In this document: positions 59,395 to 60,097 of the stretch, in pieces | Numbering within the stretch: the first letter of the stretch is position 1 | Layout: each line of letters opens with the position of its first letter | IMG/VR virus record: IMGVR_UViG_3300025821_000001 | DNA: 60,097 nucleotides | Strand: one strand, 5' to 3' | Source: a virus | The notes under the pieces: generated by a model | The model's input: the letters and a program-made list of their open reading frames with translations, nothing else | The model's database searches: none | Told to the model about the DNA's origin: nothing | Made by a program: the position numbers and the translations under genes

Positions 59395-59772
59395 TTATAT
59401 AATCTCTTTAATCCATCCTACAGGCATTAACTCTCCTTCTGACCACTTCATACCAACACTATCAGCCCAATCTCCATAGGTAGTCTTAGAACCTTTCCCA
59501 ATCTTGTTTGCTGCCCTTTGAAATATGATTCTTAAATCTATTCCTTCGTGTTGTTTTAATATGGACTTTAACTTAGTTCGATCAGATACAGTGAGTACTC
59601 CCTTTAGTTCTACAAACATTGTCCCTCCATCTTTCTTTTGAAAAACAAAATCAGGTAAATATTTTTTTACAGGCGGTTGCCAATTTAGTTTAACAGACTC
59701 ATACTCGAATCTCTTTTTACATTGCTTTGCAAACCGCTGTTCATATTTACTCCTGTAGTTGTTCATCCCCAT
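59395..59772 (-). CDS. T7-type endonuclease I (Holliday junction resolvase)
   Basis: Aligns by eye with T7 gp3: YRSKYEQRFAKQCKKRFEYES / FRSGLEDKVSKQLESKGIKFEYEE; YLPDFVF / YTPDFLL; FVELKG / FVETKG; DLRIIF / DIRIVF; KGSKTTYGDW / KGSPTSYGEF; MPVGWIKE / IPAEWIKE. I prefer the ATG at 59772. Confidence 0.88.
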   Translation of the reverse strand: MGMNNYRSKYEQRFAKQCKKRFEYESVKLNWQPPVKKYLPDFVFQKKDGGTMFVELKGVLTVSDRTKLKSILKQHEGIDLRIIFQRAANKIGKGSKTTYGDWADSVGMKWSEGELMPVGWIKEII

Positions 59773-59773
59773 C

Positions 59774-59908
59774 TTAACTACCGCATGACAAACATTCAGC
59801 GTCATCTATATCACATACTTGAGGTTTTACAACCTTTGTCTTATCTTGTTCCGCAGCGGCTCGCATCAACGCCTCTAAGCCTAGAGACTCTTCCGTAATA
59901 TTTGCCAT
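59774..59908 (-). CDS. hypothetical small acidic protein (44 aa; below the track cutoff)
   Basis: MANITEESLGLEALMRAAAEQDKTKVVKPQVCDIDDAECLSCGS*; its stop lies 1 nt before the endonuclease I ATG. Confidence 0.35.
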   Translation of the reverse strand: MANITEESLGLEALMRAAAEQDKTKVVKPQVCDIDDAECLSCGS

Positions 59909-59910
59909 TT

Positions 59911-60097
59911 TTAATCTTCTATTAATGGTATAGGTGGACACCAGCTCTCAGGTAATACTTCTACTTCTTCCATATCGCTAGAGTAGTTATCGTGCTTTAC
60001 AATAGCGTATTGAACTTGTGTTGGGTTTTCAATAATATCTGACCAGCGAGTAGTAGTGCCATGATAGTTTTCTCCAACAGTAACCTCTTGGTTGTAA
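59911..60097 (-). CDS. C-terminal part of the junction-spanning ORF (same gene as 1..165)
   Basis: TAA at 59911-59913; the frame is open to the right contig end; 59971-60097 duplicates 1-127. Confidence 0.6.
   Translation of the reverse strand, partial: YNQEVTVGENYHGTTTRWSDIIENPTQVQYAIVKHDNYSSDMEEVEVLPESWCPPIPLIED
59971..60097. repeat. right copy of exact 127-bp terminal duplication
   Basis: Identical to 1-127. Confidence 0.97.

Noticed and set aside
1-60097. I searched for tRNA, tmRNA and rRNA genes, integrase or recombinase, transposase, partition genes and alternative genetic codes.
   Set aside because: I saw no T-loop (GGTTCGAAT-like) or cloverleaf candidates in the non-coding regions, and no tyrosine or serine recombinase or DDE motifs. 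Very long ORFs (2414, 1300 and 817 aa) are intact under the standard code, so stop-codon reassignment is unnecessary. A tRNAscan or Infernal run would be the proper check.

Overview
This 60,097-bp window is a complete tailed-phage genome. Bases 1-127 recur exactly at 59971-60097 and an ORF reads through the join, so the unique sequence is 59,970 bp and closes into a circle. It is AT-rich, densely coding (about 80 ORFs) and uses the standard genetic code. I saw no integrase, transposase, tRNA, rRNA or CRISPR array.

The genome has two arms.
- Minus-strand arm (36991 down to 1, continuing 59970 down to 58031): small genes, a GroES-like co-chaperonin, large terminase, portal, scaffold, major capsid, a run of very large virion proteins (1300, 817 and 2414 aa), holin-like membrane proteins, a LamG-type tail fibre, a T7-type endonuclease I, three extremely basic small proteins and a DUF5675-like putative wall hydrolase.
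- Plus-strand arm (37703-58034): SF2 helicase, many small ORFs, one minus-strand ribbon-helix-helix regulator, an AEP-primase/SF4-helicase fusion, an SSB with an acidic DDLPF tail, an ECF-like sigma factor, family A DNA polymerase, HNH endonuclease, metallophosphoesterase and a Cas4-like nuclease.

TAnnTTTG promoter boxes, the lack of Shine-Dalgarno sequences and Sec signals ending in AQ suggest a Bacteroidota (Flavobacteriia-like) host; this is inference.

Most noteworthy observations:
1. A 2414-aa virion ORF carries two GNAT-like acetyltransferase signatures, making it a candidate ejected polyvalent effector.
2. Its 817-aa neighbour has twin Pro8 tracts, tandem repeats and nucleotide-identical modules shared with the giant ORF.
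3. The G/C-only motif TGCGGGGGTT is strongly over-represented, spans codon borders and is concentrated in the replication arm.
4. There are 11-bp-phased GTTAAG/TTAAC arrays beside an A/T tract.
5. An RHH gene has palindromic operators in a 400-bp control region.
6. A conserved hairpin element is repeated before consecutive small genes.
7. A 700-bp ORF-free divergent region contains an inward-facing promoter, a hairpin and repeats, so it is a candidate ncRNA or origin.
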